Source: Octopus sinensis (taxonomy: Eukaryota). From it: a stretch of DNA of 64,000 bases. The notes beneath the pieces were generated by a model. It worked only from the letters and a program-made list of their open reading frames with translations, did not search any database and had not been told where the DNA came from. Below, piece by piece: positions 35,773-48,057 of the stretch. The stretch spans positions 29,202,001-29,266,000 of the forward strand of contig NC_043018.1 in the NCBI RefSeq assembly GCF_006345805.1, read 5' to 3'. Both the position numbers and the translations under genes were made by a program. Numbering within the stretch: the stretch's first letter is position 1; each line of letters starts with the position of its first letter.

Positions 35773-35775
<3 letters not shown>
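35477..35775 (-). mobile_element. SINE family D head with alternative (RTE-like) tail
   Basis: Head gaatcgaaaccgcgat...gggccattgcgcctcc; tail caccgtgaccaaccaggctatcagatg. Confidence 0.87.
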
Positions 35776-35814
<39 letters not shown>

Positions 35815-35816
<2 letters not shown>

Positions 35817-35980
35817 CGGGAAGCTTTATGAAAATAAACAAAAGACGAAGGCAGGTGGAAAACAAACGAACAATTGTATTAGTATGGCGCTCAGGAAATA
35901 TAAATAAAACAAGTCTTTAACGTTTCGAGCCTATGCTCTTCAACAGAAAGATACACAGAGAGAGAAAAACACAGAAAGAA

Positions 35981-35985
<5 letters not shown>
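35815..35985 (-). mobile_element. Penelope-like terminal repeat (variant) with hammerhead-like motif
   Basis: Reverse complement tctttctgttgaagagcataggctcgaaacgttaaaga; located between (TA)n tracts. Confidence 0.6.
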
Positions 35986-36022
<37 letters not shown>

Positions 36023-36119
36023 GTGTGTGTGTATGTAAATACATATATATATATTATATATTATATTATTATATATAAACTACTTTATATACATATATAG
36101 CAACTTTGCCTATATCTCT

Positions 36120-36516
36120 TTTTCTCTTCTTACTTGTTTCAGTCATATGACTGCGGCCATGCTTGAGCACCGCCTTTAGTCGAGGCAAATCGACCCCGGG
36201 ACTTACTTTCTAAGCCCAGTACTTATTCTATCGGCTCTTTTGCCGAACCGCTAAGTGACGGGGACGTACACCACCGCATCGGTTGTCAAGCAATGCTAGG
36301 GGAACAAACACAGACACACAAACACATACACTTATATATATATACATATATACGACAGGCTTCTTTCAGTTTCCGTCTACCAAATCCACTCACAAGGCTT
36401 TGGTCGGCCCGAGGCTATAGCAGAAGACACTTGCCCAAGATGCCACGCAGTGGGACTGAACCCAGAACCATGTGGTTGGTAGGCAAGCTACTTACCACAC
36501 AGCCACTCCTGCGCCT
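36120..36516 (-). mobile_element. SINE family A, full length
   Basis: Complete tail-to-head match to 17290-17700. Confidence 0.92.
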
Positions 36517-37124
36517 ATATATATATATATAAAAACACACACACACACATACTCATATACGTATATGTAAGCAGTGAATACATGTGTTGTAAAGAATACG
36601 TTGGGTTTTTTTTTCTTAAAGTGAAACTCAGAGTTTGCCTCGTTGCTAGACTTTCACACCACTGCGACAATCGACCATCATGTGAAACTAACAAAGCACG
36701 GTATCGGTGGCGTACATTCACCCGTTAACCTACGTGGGTGGCCTGCTGCTTGAGTTTGTTCTTTGAGTATTTCACTGCATGCATGTGTCACATTGGTAGT
36801 GTGGTCCTTCTATTTCATGCAATAGTAGGTGGCGCTGTTACTAAACTGTTAATCGTAAGCCACTTGATTTGTTGTAGATACATTTGTGAAGTTTATCATT
36901 TATTTTTGTTTCTTTATTTACTTCAGTAATTCTAGCTCTTTGCATATGTGTAGTTTGTTTCAATTGAATATTTTAAATGTGATTATTTGAAAAATGGCTG
37001 TTTTTATCAATGGAGATGTGCGTGTGTATGATTGTGTATAGATTTTCAATACATATCGATTTCAATAAGACACCGAGAGTGTAGTAGACTACTCTATTGA
37101 TCTCAGTGATATGATGACACATAG

Positions 37125-37290
37125 GGCGGTGAGCTTGCAGAATCGTTAGCAAATCGGGTAAAATGCTTAGCGGCATTTCGTCCTTATTTACTTTCTGAGT
37201 TAAAATTAAGCCGCGGTCTGCTTTGACCTTCATCTATTTCGGGTCGATAAAATAAGTACGAATTGAGCACTGGGATCGATGCGATCGGTG
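37125..37290 (+). mobile_element. SINE family C
   Basis: ggcggtgagcttgcagaatcgttagc...gggtcgataaaataagtac. Confidence 0.8.
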
Positions 37291-37550
37291 AGATTGTGTG
37301 CTCAGCACCGCATTTATGGATAAATTTTATTGATTTTTAGGTTAAGAAGGTAACAATGGTATCATATAAAGAGAGATCTCTCTTTAGATGAAGAGAGCAT
37401 GCATATGTGTGCGTCACAGTGTCTTTGTGACATTGTTTGTCATCCATCTCCACCGATTAACTATCGGAGTCGGTTTGTTTTAAACACCGTAACTTAGAGC
37501 TTCGGCAAAAGATACGATAAAATAATTCATAGCTGTATAAAAAATATCCT

Positions 37551-37936
37551 CTGTGTGAAGTCTGGCTGCATACACGTTAGCATATGTCAGGTGCATACAA
37601 TTGACAACACAGTTAATTAAGATTTATTCAGTGAGTTCTATTCAACTCATGTTTACACGTGGAATCCATAAGATGAAGGCATTTTCAAAGTTTTGGCCGA
37701 TAAAGTTGAACTGAAAGACCCTACAACGAGGCATGAATTGCACGAATCCGTCTTGCAGTCTTGGGAAGAGCAGAAAATCTGAGCAGAAAATTCGTGGATG
37801 TATTGAACATCAAACACATGTTCGGCGTCAAATAGTTGACTGTCGTGGTGGTAACAGATTCGTGTAATAAATTTTGTGTTTATTTTTTGTTTCATAATAT
37901 ATATTTTTTTCGGATGCAGCCAGACTTTTTACACTG
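37551..37936 (+). mobile_element. Tc1-like deletion derivative inserted into a SINE A 3' half
   Basis: TIRs gtgaagtctggctgcat / atgcagccagactttttacactg; internal PTTRHELHESVLQSWEE-like transposase tail; SINE A parts at ~37440-37550 and 37937-38040. Confidence 0.65.
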
Positions 37937-38211
37937 ATGGTACGGGCTCGATTTGTTCCATTACAACTCTTCTAGGCAGCGGTGCTCCAGCATAGCTGCG
38001 GTTAATGAGATCAGAAGTAAGAGTTAAAAGAATAAAATCTTATTTACTTTTCTCTCCTCATGCAGCTACCGATATATCAAACGAAGTTTTTATGACATGT
38101 TCTATCTATTCCTCGATTCATTCGATTTTCAATTCAAATATATACTGATTTCGGCAAAATGCAGAGAGGGGAGCAGACTATTATATTGATCTCAATATTA
38201 TACTAATGCAT

Positions 38212-38415
38212 AAGGTGGCAAGCTTGAAGAATCGCAAACACGGCGGGCAAAATTCATAGTGTCATCTCGTCCGTCTTTACGTTCAAATTCCACCGTGATT
38301 GACTTCACATTTCATCCTTTCGGGGTCGATAAAATAAGTACCAGCTAAATAGTAGAGCCATTGTAATCGACTTTACCCCTCCCTACATAATTGCTGGCGT
38401 TTTGCCAAAATTTTA
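38212..38415 (+). mobile_element. SINE family C
   Basis: gttcaaattccaccgtg...catcctttcggggtcgataaaataagtaccag. Confidence 0.8.
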
Positions 38416-38450
38416 AACCTATATTATACTGAAATATATATATATATCTC

Positions 38451-38641
38451 AGGCGCAGGAGTGGCTATGTGGTAAGTAGCTTGCTAACCAACCACATGGT
38501 TCCAGGTTCAGTCCCATCTTGGGCAAGTGTCTTCTGCTATAGCCCCGGGCCGACCAATGCCTTGTGAGTGGATTTGGTAGACAGAAACTGGAAGAAGCCT
38601 GTCGTATATATGTATATTATATATATATATATATTATATAT

Positions 38642-38676
<35 letters not shown>

Positions 38677-38890
38677 TTGTGTGTCTGTGTTTGTCCCCCT
38701 AGCATTGCTTGACAACCGATGCTAGTGTGTTTACGTCCCCGTCACTTAGTGGTTCGGCAAAAAGAGACCGATAGAATAAGTACTGGGCTTACAAAGAATA
38801 AGTCCCGGGGTCGAGTTGCTCGATTTAAGGCGGTGCTCCAGCATGGCCGCAGTCAAATGACTGAAACAAGTAAAAGAGTAAAGAGAGTAT
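38451..38890 (+). mobile_element. SINE family A, full length
   Basis: ggcgcaggagtggctatgtggtaag...gactgaaacaagtaaaagagtaaaagag. Confidence 0.93.
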
Positions 38891-38901
38891 ATATTTATTT
38901 A

Positions 38902-39090
38902 TAAAGAATAAAAAAGTTTTGAATGGTACAACAATGCACTATAATACAGACAATGGACTATTTACTTGTTGTAATTTAGTCACCGATAGTCTGATATATC
39001 AGACTATGGATGACTAAATTACAACAGGTAAATAGTCCATTGTCTGTATTATAGTGCATTGTTGTACCATTCAAAACTTTTTAGTCTTTA
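38902..39090. repeat. Spacer-less near-perfect palindrome (~95-bp arms), probable MITE
   Basis: Centre gata|tatc at 38996/38997; about 4 mismatches and one indel; TA at both ends. Confidence 0.9.
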
Positions 39091-39299
39091 CAAACAATAC
39101 ACAATGCTTCAAGTGAACTACAATACTCTGCTATATATTTATTTTATGAGCCCAGAGGAACAAAGACAAACGTTGAGAATCTGGATAACGCAAAAAGTGT
39201 GTCTAGAGAATCACAAAACTTACTCGACACACCTATATACACCGTATATCTTCTTTATTCCGCTCAATTCTGCATTCTTCGAAATGGAATAAATATTGG

Positions 39300-39490
39300 T
39301 TTTAAGTCTTGAGACAAGGCCAGTTATTTGTAGGGGAAGGGGGAGTCAATTACATCGACTTTGTACTTTTTTTTTTAATCGATCCCTAAAGGATGAAAGG
39401 CAAAGATGAGACCGGCAGAACTGGAACCTAGAACGTAAAGCGGGAAGAGAGGACGTTAATCATTTTCCTTACGCTTGCTAACGATTCTGA
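39300..39490 (-). mobile_element. SINE family C, degenerate
   Basis: gatccctaaaggatgaaaggcaaag...tgctaacgattctg. Confidence 0.7.
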
Positions 39491-39943
39491 ATTGGAATAT
39501 ACATTAACAGTTAAATAGAAAACAAAAAGAAGTTTTAGTTGGAGAAAGCTAGAATGGAAAAGTCTTAATAGCAGCAAATGGTCGTAAAGCAAAACCGGAA
39601 AAGAGAGAATGACATGAGGAAGGAAGGAAAGGGAGAAAGAAGAATGGAAAAGAAAAGAAAACTTAATCAATACGATAAAGTAATCCTGTTTAATAATCAA
39701 TGATTGAAATCTAAGTCGTTGCAAGATACAAAACACGTGCTCTCATAATTGATCAACAGACTTTGCTAAATATCTCTGTATCAATATACCAATCAATCTA
39801 TCAGCCTGCTTATCTATATTTCGCCCTCTGTATACACACACACACACACATTTCGATTCTACATCCTACCTATAATATATATGATATATATACATATATA
39901 CATACATATATGTGTATATATATATATATATACACATATATAT

Positions 39944-39989
<46 letters not shown>

Positions 39990-40171
39990 GTGTGTGTGTG
40001 TATGTGTGTGTGTGTGTATACATATAGATGTGTATGTAGATTTATATTCAGAGACACACGACACATGTACTGAATAATTTGTGTGTGTGAGATAGATAGA
40101 GTGTGTGTGTATGTATGTATGAATGTATGTATGCATGTATGTATGCATAACTGAAGACATATATATATATA

Positions 40172-40400
40172 AGACGGTGAGCTGGCAGAACCGTTAGCAC
40201 GCCGGGCGAAATGCGTAGCCGTATTTCGTCTGCCGCTACGTTCTGAGTTCAAATTCCGCCGAGGTCGACTTTGCCTTTCATCATTTCGGGGTCGATAAAT
40301 TAAGTACCAATTAAGCACTGGGGTCGATGTAATCGTCTTATTCCGTTTGTCTGTCCTTGTTTGTCCCCTCTATGTTTAGCCCCTTGTGGGTAATAAAGAA
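40172..40400 (+). mobile_element. SINE family C (young-looking)
   Basis: gacggtgagctggcagaaccgttagcacgccgggcgaaatgc...gtaataaagaaata. Confidence 0.9.
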
Positions 40401-40682
40401 ATATATATATATCTATGGCCGTATACACACATAAGTTTTTCTATGCATGCACGCGCGTGTGTAAATTGAAAAGCATCACTAAAGAGAACGTGTCTTCGTC
40501 GCCTAGAGTGTATCTATTTTTGCAACAATACCAGACTTATTTTAATATATACCACTGTGTATACGGAGGTATGATAGATAATATCGTTCTATATACGATT
40601 TACGTGTACCCACATAGAACATCTTTGTGTGTAAATATCTACGTTTTATAAGAGAAATTCTCTCTCATGTATCAATGCGTGC

Positions 40683-40723
<41 letters not shown>

Positions 40724-40796
40724 GTATTATTGGATTGTTGACTGTGGAATAGTATGATAACACATCCTTTTGATATATATATATATATATATATAA

Positions 40797-41268
40797 AACA
40801 TAAAGGACTAAAGCCATCTGAATATGGCTAGGGACAGGGCAGGGTGGTGGGGGTGTTACTGTTGCATTTAGCCCCAGGCGAACATCGAAGTCACCAGAAA
40901 GGCCCGACACCGTCACGGTGTCCTTTAACCTGCAAAGGGAGGTAATTCCCCGATGAAGCGGAAACCACACACGGACCATGGTTTCAAGGTGTATTGCCTA
41001 TCGTCGGCGTATCCTGCAGAGTGAGAATTCGTCGAGGAAGCGGAAGCCTACCACACGCCGACGATAGGCAATACACCTTGAAACCATGGTCCGTGTGTGG
41101 TTTCCGCTTCATCGGGGAATTACCTCCCTTTGCAGGTTAAAGGACACCGTGACGGTGTCGGGCCTTTCTGGTGACGTCGATGTTCGCCTGGGGCTAAATG
41201 CAACAGTAACACCCCCACCACCCTGCCCTGTCCCTAGCCATATTCAGATGGCTTTAGTCCCTTATGTT
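40797..41268. repeat. Long inverted repeat: 214-bp arms, 44-bp spacer
   Basis: 40797-41010 is the reverse complement of 41055-41268 with 2 mismatches; the same ORF start appears on both strands in the track. Confidence 0.95.
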
Positions 41269-41314
41269 ATCGAGCAGTTACTGTCTATATCTCTTTTAGA
41301 GAATTATTATTGCC

Positions 41315-41346
<32 letters not shown>

Positions 41347-41807
41347 TATTATATATATATATATATATATAATATATATATATATACATATATATATATA
41401 CGTATATGTATATAAATATATGCGGGCGTGAGTGTGAGTGGGTGTCTGTTGGTGTTTAAAAGCCCTGAGTTCATCAAGTTTATTACAGCAAGATCGCCAA
41501 AGTCACATTGTGGTTCTGAAACGAAAGTCGTGACGTTCATGTCTAAATCAAATGGGTGACCTCGTGTCTGTAGGTTTTGTCACTGATTATAACAACATAT
41601 AAGTGTGTATTATGGTCTCTTGTGATGCATTGTACTATATGGAAATATACAGAAGTGTAAATTTGCCTCTAGCTACGTGTAACAGTGCGTAGTCGCCGAT
41701 AGAGATTTTGTGACGGACTCGTTGTTCCGACAAACAAGTTTTCAGCAACATAGCCTTCTTAAGATATAATGGTGTTGGCGCTGGTGTTTTGGTTTCATGA
41801 ACAACCT

Positions 41808-42121
41808 TCTTCTTTTGCCCTTTTCAAGCCTAAGCAGGCTCATGAGCCCGGTTTTCCGGTTTCTGTGGGGTATGTGTTCCCCCAAGCTGGATGGGACACC
41901 AGTCCATCGCAGCGTTACTCAAGAAACAGGAAGAGAGAGTGAGAGAAAGTTGGGGCGAAAGAGTACAACAGAGGTCGCCACCTCTCCTCCTGCCGGAACC
42001 TCGTGGAGCTTTCTCGGTGTTTTCGCTCAATAAACACACACAACGCCCGGTCTGGGAATCGAAACCGTGATCCTCCGACCACGAGTCCGCTGCCCTAACC
42101 ACTGGGCCATTGCGCCTCCAC
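41808..42121 (-). mobile_element. SINE family D with 13-bp TSD
   Basis: tcatgaacaacct at 41795-41807 and 42122-42134. Confidence 0.92.
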
Positions 42122-42164
42122 TCATGAACAACCTACACGATGAATATTTTTGTAATTGGCTTGA

Positions 42165-42350
42165 AGGCGGCGAGCTGGCAGAATCGTTAGCACGCCGGAC
42201 ATAATACTTAACGTCATTTTGTCCCTCTTTGCAATCCTAGTTCATGTTCCGCCGAGGTCGACTTTGCTTTTTGTCCTTTCGTAGATGATGAAATAAGTAC
42301 CGATTTCTCACTGGGATCGATGAAAACGACTAGCCACGTTCCCGCAAAAT
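42165..42350 (+). mobile_element. SINE family C
   Basis: ggcggcgagctggcagaatcgttagcacgccgg... Confidence 0.85.
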
Positions 42351-42794
42351 CTCATCCCTTGTGACTATATTAGAAAGGATTATGGTGGACATTGTTTGTA
42401 CACAGCTTATCCCACTTCCATGTCACATAGCTTTATATTAGTCTGGTGCAAAAAGTGCCATTGGCGGAGAAGTTATCTGGATTTGCATCGAATCTGTATC
42501 AACTATTTCCTCTCATCTCAGATATTACTGCACTAGTGCTTTCATCATAAACCATTATTCCCCTTACATGTTCTCTTTTGATGAGCAGCTAAAGAGCTGA
42601 AGAGCCTCGTCTATCCTGAGTCCTTTGAATGACAATCATTCTGAATAGTGATGCATAGTAGTGATTAGTAGTATAAAACAGTATAAAGGAGTATATAGAA
42701 GTGTATAACGGTGTAAAGTAATGTATAGCAACATGCAGCAATGTATGTAAGCTGACTCCTTGCATACAAATACACAGTCATATACAACAATGTA

Positions 42795-43110
42795 AAGGCG
42801 GCGAGCTTGGCAGAAACGTTAGCACACCGGGCGAAATGCTTAGCGGTATTTCGTCTGCGGCTACGTTCTGAGTTCAAATTCCACCGAGGTCGACTTTACC
42901 TTTCATCCTTTCGTTTGTCTGTCCTTGTTTGTCCACTCTGTGTTTAGCCCCTTGTGGGTAGTAAAGAAATAGGTATTTCACCTCTTTTTACGTTCTGAGT
43001 TCAAATTCGGCTGAGGCCGACTTTGCCTTTCAACATTTTGGGGTCGATAAATTATGTACCACTTGCGTACTGGGGTCGATCGAATCAACTGGTCCCCTCC
43101 CCCCAAAATT
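42795..43110 (+). mobile_element. SINE family C, dimeric
   Basis: cgttctgagttcaaatt occurs twice, separated by gtagtaaagaaataggtatttc. Confidence 0.88.
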
Positions 43111-43239
43111 TTGTTCCTGGAGTTAAAAATAATATATAGCAATGCGTGTAACCTAAATCCTTGTATAGAAATACACAGTATTATACAGTGTATAGAAAGG
43201 TAAAATTGTGTTTAGAAGCCGATAGTAGTCTATGATAGC

Positions 43240-43317
<78 letters not shown>

Positions 43318-43397
43318 TGCAGTGTATCAGTGTATAGAATTGTAAGCCAACGATGTATAGCAGTGGATCCTAGTATACAATTATACATAATGATAGA

Positions 43398-43745
43398 AAG
43401 GCGGCGAGCTGGCAGAAACGTTAGCACACCGGGCGAAATGCTTTGCGGTATTTCGTCTGTCTTTACGTTCTGAGTTCAAATTCCGCCGAGGTCGACTTTA
43501 CCTTTCATCCTTTGGGGGTCGATTAAATAAGTACCAGTTACGACTTAATCCGTTTGTGTGTCCTTGTTTGTCTCCTCTGTGTTTAGCCCCTTGTGTGTAG
43601 TAAAGAAATAGGTATTTCGTCTGCCGATACGTTCTGTGTTTAAATTCCGCCGCGGTCGACTTTGCCTTTCATTTTTTCGGGGTTGATAAATAAAGTACCA
43701 GTTACGCACTCTCCCAAAAGTTCGGGCCTTGTACCTAGAGTAGAA
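43398..43745 (+). mobile_element. SINE family C, dimeric
   Basis: Same structure as 42795; shares the cacaccggg and gtcgactttacc variants. Confidence 0.88.
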
Positions 43746-44249
43746 AAGAATTCATAGTGATGGTGTATGTTGATGTATGCAGTTTGTGAGATGCTGTACA
43801 ATCGTTTTCGCAGTTTATGCCAGTCTATAGTAGATTACGCAGTGTATGGAAATGTATAACTCTTTGTAGTAATAATAACTAGTGTATGCCAGTGTATTGA
43901 ATGTATGACTGTTTATAGCAGTGAGAAATAGTGTATAGGAGTGTGGACAATATATGAAGTGATTCGCCGTGTTTGAACTGTGTATAGTGGTGATAGTAAT
44001 GTCTATTTGTTAAGTCTGGATAATTCTGTACGTCGAATAGAGGACAGAAATCTAAGAGAGAGGGTGATTGAGAGCAAGAAGGAAGGAAAGATGTGAAGGA
44101 CAAGGACAGTGAGAAGGGCGAGAAAGAGATGATTTTTCAATTAAATATTTGAATATTATTCTGCGGATGTCACATCCTGCTGTCATTTTAGTAAATTGAG
44201 CAGACATAGGACACAGTAACTTTTTCTACTTCTTTCCATCATCACTCCT

Positions 44250-44304
44250 AGTCTCTCTCTCTCTTTTTCATTCTTTCTTTCTATCTTACTCCCTCTCCCT
44301 CTCG

Positions 44305-44368
<64 letters not shown>

Positions 44369-44461
44369 TTATCTACCTACCTACCTACCTATTTACCTAT
44401 CTGTCTGTCTATCTATCTATCAGGTTGGCTACCTGTCTCTTTGTCTATATTTGTCTATCTC

Positions 44462-44505
<44 letters not shown>

Positions 44506-44506
44506 A

Positions 44507-44560
<54 letters not shown>

Positions 44561-44760
44561 CATATATATATATATATATCTCATCTCTTACGTCCCTTTT
44601 CTTTCTCTCTCTCCCTATCTCTTTTTCTCTTTTTCTCTCTGTCGCTTGATCTCTTTCTAACTCTGCATTCCTGTCTTTCCCTCCTTCCCTTCAGCTGTTC
44701 CTAATGTCTATTTATTTATTTATTCAATGTGTACACACACACACACACACATACATACAT
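44250..44760. repeat. Compound (CT)/(CTAT)/(TA)/(CA) microsatellites
   Basis: Direct observation. Confidence 0.93.
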
Positions 44761-47682
44761 GCATATATATGCATATTATTGTCATTCCACCGACGTTATC
44801 TTCCTATTATATATAATATATAAGAGTGTATAAAGATTTATACACAGAGAAGACACTTGACAGGACTTCTTACGTGCTAAAAAGGGCAGTTAAATCCAAA
44901 CCACGAAAAAATAATTCCTTAGGCACACTGCTGAGGGCACTAGAGTGAACAAAATAAAAAAAAATTTAATCCCATACTCGAGCTTCGCTATTTATCACCA
45001 AATAAATTAATTTGGCATCCGTAGTTCGTCAGTAGGATCGCTAAAGAATGCATGATTATGTAACTTTAATACTTACCGTAAACACGTGCGGAAGACAACT
45101 CCATCTTAATACATTATGGATTCAAATTTAGTGCGCAAGCGTAGTTAGTTATATATGTTCCAGAGTATGGGAAAGTCTTAAAGCATCCGATTCCCTTTCC
45201 CTTCAGTTCATAACATTTTCTCCAACCTCACCTACACCATTCTTTTATGTCTCAATTTTTGAACTGCGTTCAAGCTGGGATGCTGCTTTAATGCGAACAT
45301 CTATCGGTGTGTGCGTGAGTGCGTGCAACGCGGGCGTGAGTGTGAGTGGGTGTCCGTCGGTATTTAAAAGCCCTGAGTTCAAGTTTGTTATAGCAAGATT
45401 TTAGTCGAAGAAAACGACCCCAGTACAGTTATGTTACTTATTTTTATTGATAAAGAGTCTCTAAATCTCTTTTAGTAATTGATTTCCTTGTTTGGTTGCT
45501 ACTAACTGTGTACAGCTACGTGTAGTTGTTTCATCCGTGACAGTCCCGTCTGTTTTCCAAGCTCAAATGTATCCAAGAACTAATCATCCACCGAATCCTT
45601 GCATTGGTTGCCACTAAAGTTTTGTAACGATGTGTAGGTGTTCCACTCATAATAGTCCTGCCAGTGAGAAGTAGTTTATCTTGGAAGATTTTAGCCGACG
45701 AATCCTTCCTTTGGTTACTACTTCGAGCAGATAAAGTTACAACATAAAGAGACTAAAGAGATTATTAACATCAGTTACCAATTATCTGCCCTTCTTAGAT
45801 CCGGGATCGGCTTGCCAAGACTTTTCACTTTCCGCTGTCTTGTGCTACATAATCTTGTTTCCAGTCCAGGTCGTTTGTACACAAACCTGTTTTACGGCCT
45901 ATAGTTATCTTTACCGGCACACCTCCAGCCAGAATAGTCTTCGGCGTTGATGTGCGGCGCCTCATTTGCCCAAAATATGATGGTTTTGTGGATTTGATTC
46001 TCAACAAAATGTGTCTTCATCTGGATTTAATATCCTGAATATAGTGACAAGGACAACTTTAAAATTGCTGCGTTAGTTCTCATGTACCCACTGCGGTATT
46101 GCGTTCTTAATGCCATGACGTAAACTTGCGATGACTAGTGAATGAATCTTTGCAAATAAAGAAACATTTAGATCATGTGGTTTGGATATATTTGCCATAT
46201 TTACAAAGACCGCATTAACTGCTAAAATTGGCATGGAGAACCTTTCTAGCTTCCAGAATTAATTGTTGAAAAACACCAGCTGTCATTTCAAGGAGACTTC
46301 TCTTGCCTGACAGTCGAATACATTTCTCATCGCCTTGAAATCATCAGCACCGTTACCTGCAAGACTGGTAACTCTGAAATGACTTCGGAAACACTTGTTT
46401 CGTTATAGTATATCAACATCAAAACGTGAGCTGATCCCGCGTGATGCCGGCCCGTCGTAAACGAACTATTATAGGGGACATGCAAAAACAGTGTTGCCAA
46501 TAAACAAACATTTAGATTATTTTAAATAAGCTTAGCATATATTTGATCTGAAGAAAGGCCGTATTCTCGGCTACATTTTCGGCGGAACGCCTTTCTTATT
46601 TTAGGCATTCAGTGTTGAAAAACACCAACAGTCATTTTAGCGCGCTCACTCGCGAAATGGTGAATGCATTTCTCGCTCTGTGACAATCATCTGCATTCTT
46701 TAAGCTGTATTCAATGCTTAATGCTTAAAAGAAAAGACAGACGGCAACTTTAGCACTAAACAAGTCCTTTGTACAAGGCAAACGTATTTGAACGGATCTA
46801 AGACTTTATTAGTGGCATAAATATAGTAAAAAGAAGCAGAAAAATCTTGAACAGGGAAGAAACTAAACAACCGTTTCTTGTGTTTAATTAAACATATATT
46901 GATCTTAATTACTTCATATTACATCAACTGGTCCATCTTAATTATTTTCATTATATTAAAATGGAGTTTGGAAAATGTTTTAAGGAAGCTAATAAGTATT
47001 AATTAGAGTGAAATAAAAATAATATATGTAGCGTTTAAGTAATTTAATTAATTTCCATAACAACAAATATTGAAAGCTTCCATGTATAATTAGTCCCAAA
47101 AAAACAAAAATAGTTTCAATATAAAAATTTTGTTTTCTTTAGCATCAAGATATTCTTAAAAGAAATTACCATGTAATTAGTAAAATAAAATAATTCTAAA
47201 TGTCTAATTTAACTAATAAACTTACCACGATATTTACATTGGCAATTTCATGGCATTACTTTACGGAGACTTAATTTCATCCAGTTCTACTGTTTGTTTA
47301 TTTTACCTTTTCCGTGTTAAACTCGTATTACATTGAAATAGCTCAATTACTTTAAATGGTATTTTATAGAAGAGGTAACATTATTTAACGATTTCATTTT
47401 CTGGTAACATTCACACGAAAAAAATAATTAAACGTTAGAAGAATTTCTTATGCTCAATTTGCATCCATTACATTTCTGTTCACAATGTTAATGGCCGTGA
47501 CAGCACGCGTGATAAACTGTGCAATAGCCTATAAAAGTATCCATGTACATATACATACATACATAATATATACATATATATATATAAATATATGTATGTA
47601 TGTATGGATGGATGGATGGATGGATGGATGGATGGATATATATATATATATATGTGCGTGTGTGTGTGTGTATGTGTGTATG

Positions 47683-47935
47683 TGGTGGCGCGTGGCTTAG
47701 TGGTTATGGTGTCAGCATCATGATCGTAAGATTGTGATTGTGGTTTCGATTCCTAGACCGGGCAACGCCTTGTGTTCTTGAGCAAAACACTTCAATTTCA
47801 CGTTGCTCCAGTCCACTCAGCTGGCAAAAATGAGTAACGCTGCGATGGACTGGCGTTCCGTCCAGCTGGGGAACACATACGCCATTGAAACCGGGCCCAT
47901 GAGCCTGGCTAGGCTTGAAAAGGGCACATAAATAA
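47683..47935 (+). mobile_element. SINE family B head with family D-type tail
   Basis: ggcgcgtggcttagtggtt...gtgttcttgagcaaaacac..., then gagtaacgctgcgatggactgg...cccatgagcctggctagg as in 24962/41808. Confidence 0.87.
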
Positions 47936-47939
47936 AAGA

Positions 47940-47983
<44 letters not shown>

Positions 47984-48020
47984 CTCCATGTTGATTAATT
48001 TATATATATAAGCTGAGAGC

Positions 48021-48057
<37 letters not shown>

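Noticed and set aside
40665-41340. Twin ORFs MVRVWFPLHRG... as a duplicated gene
   Set aside because: They are the same sequence read from the two arms of the inverted repeat and both run into TA microsatellite
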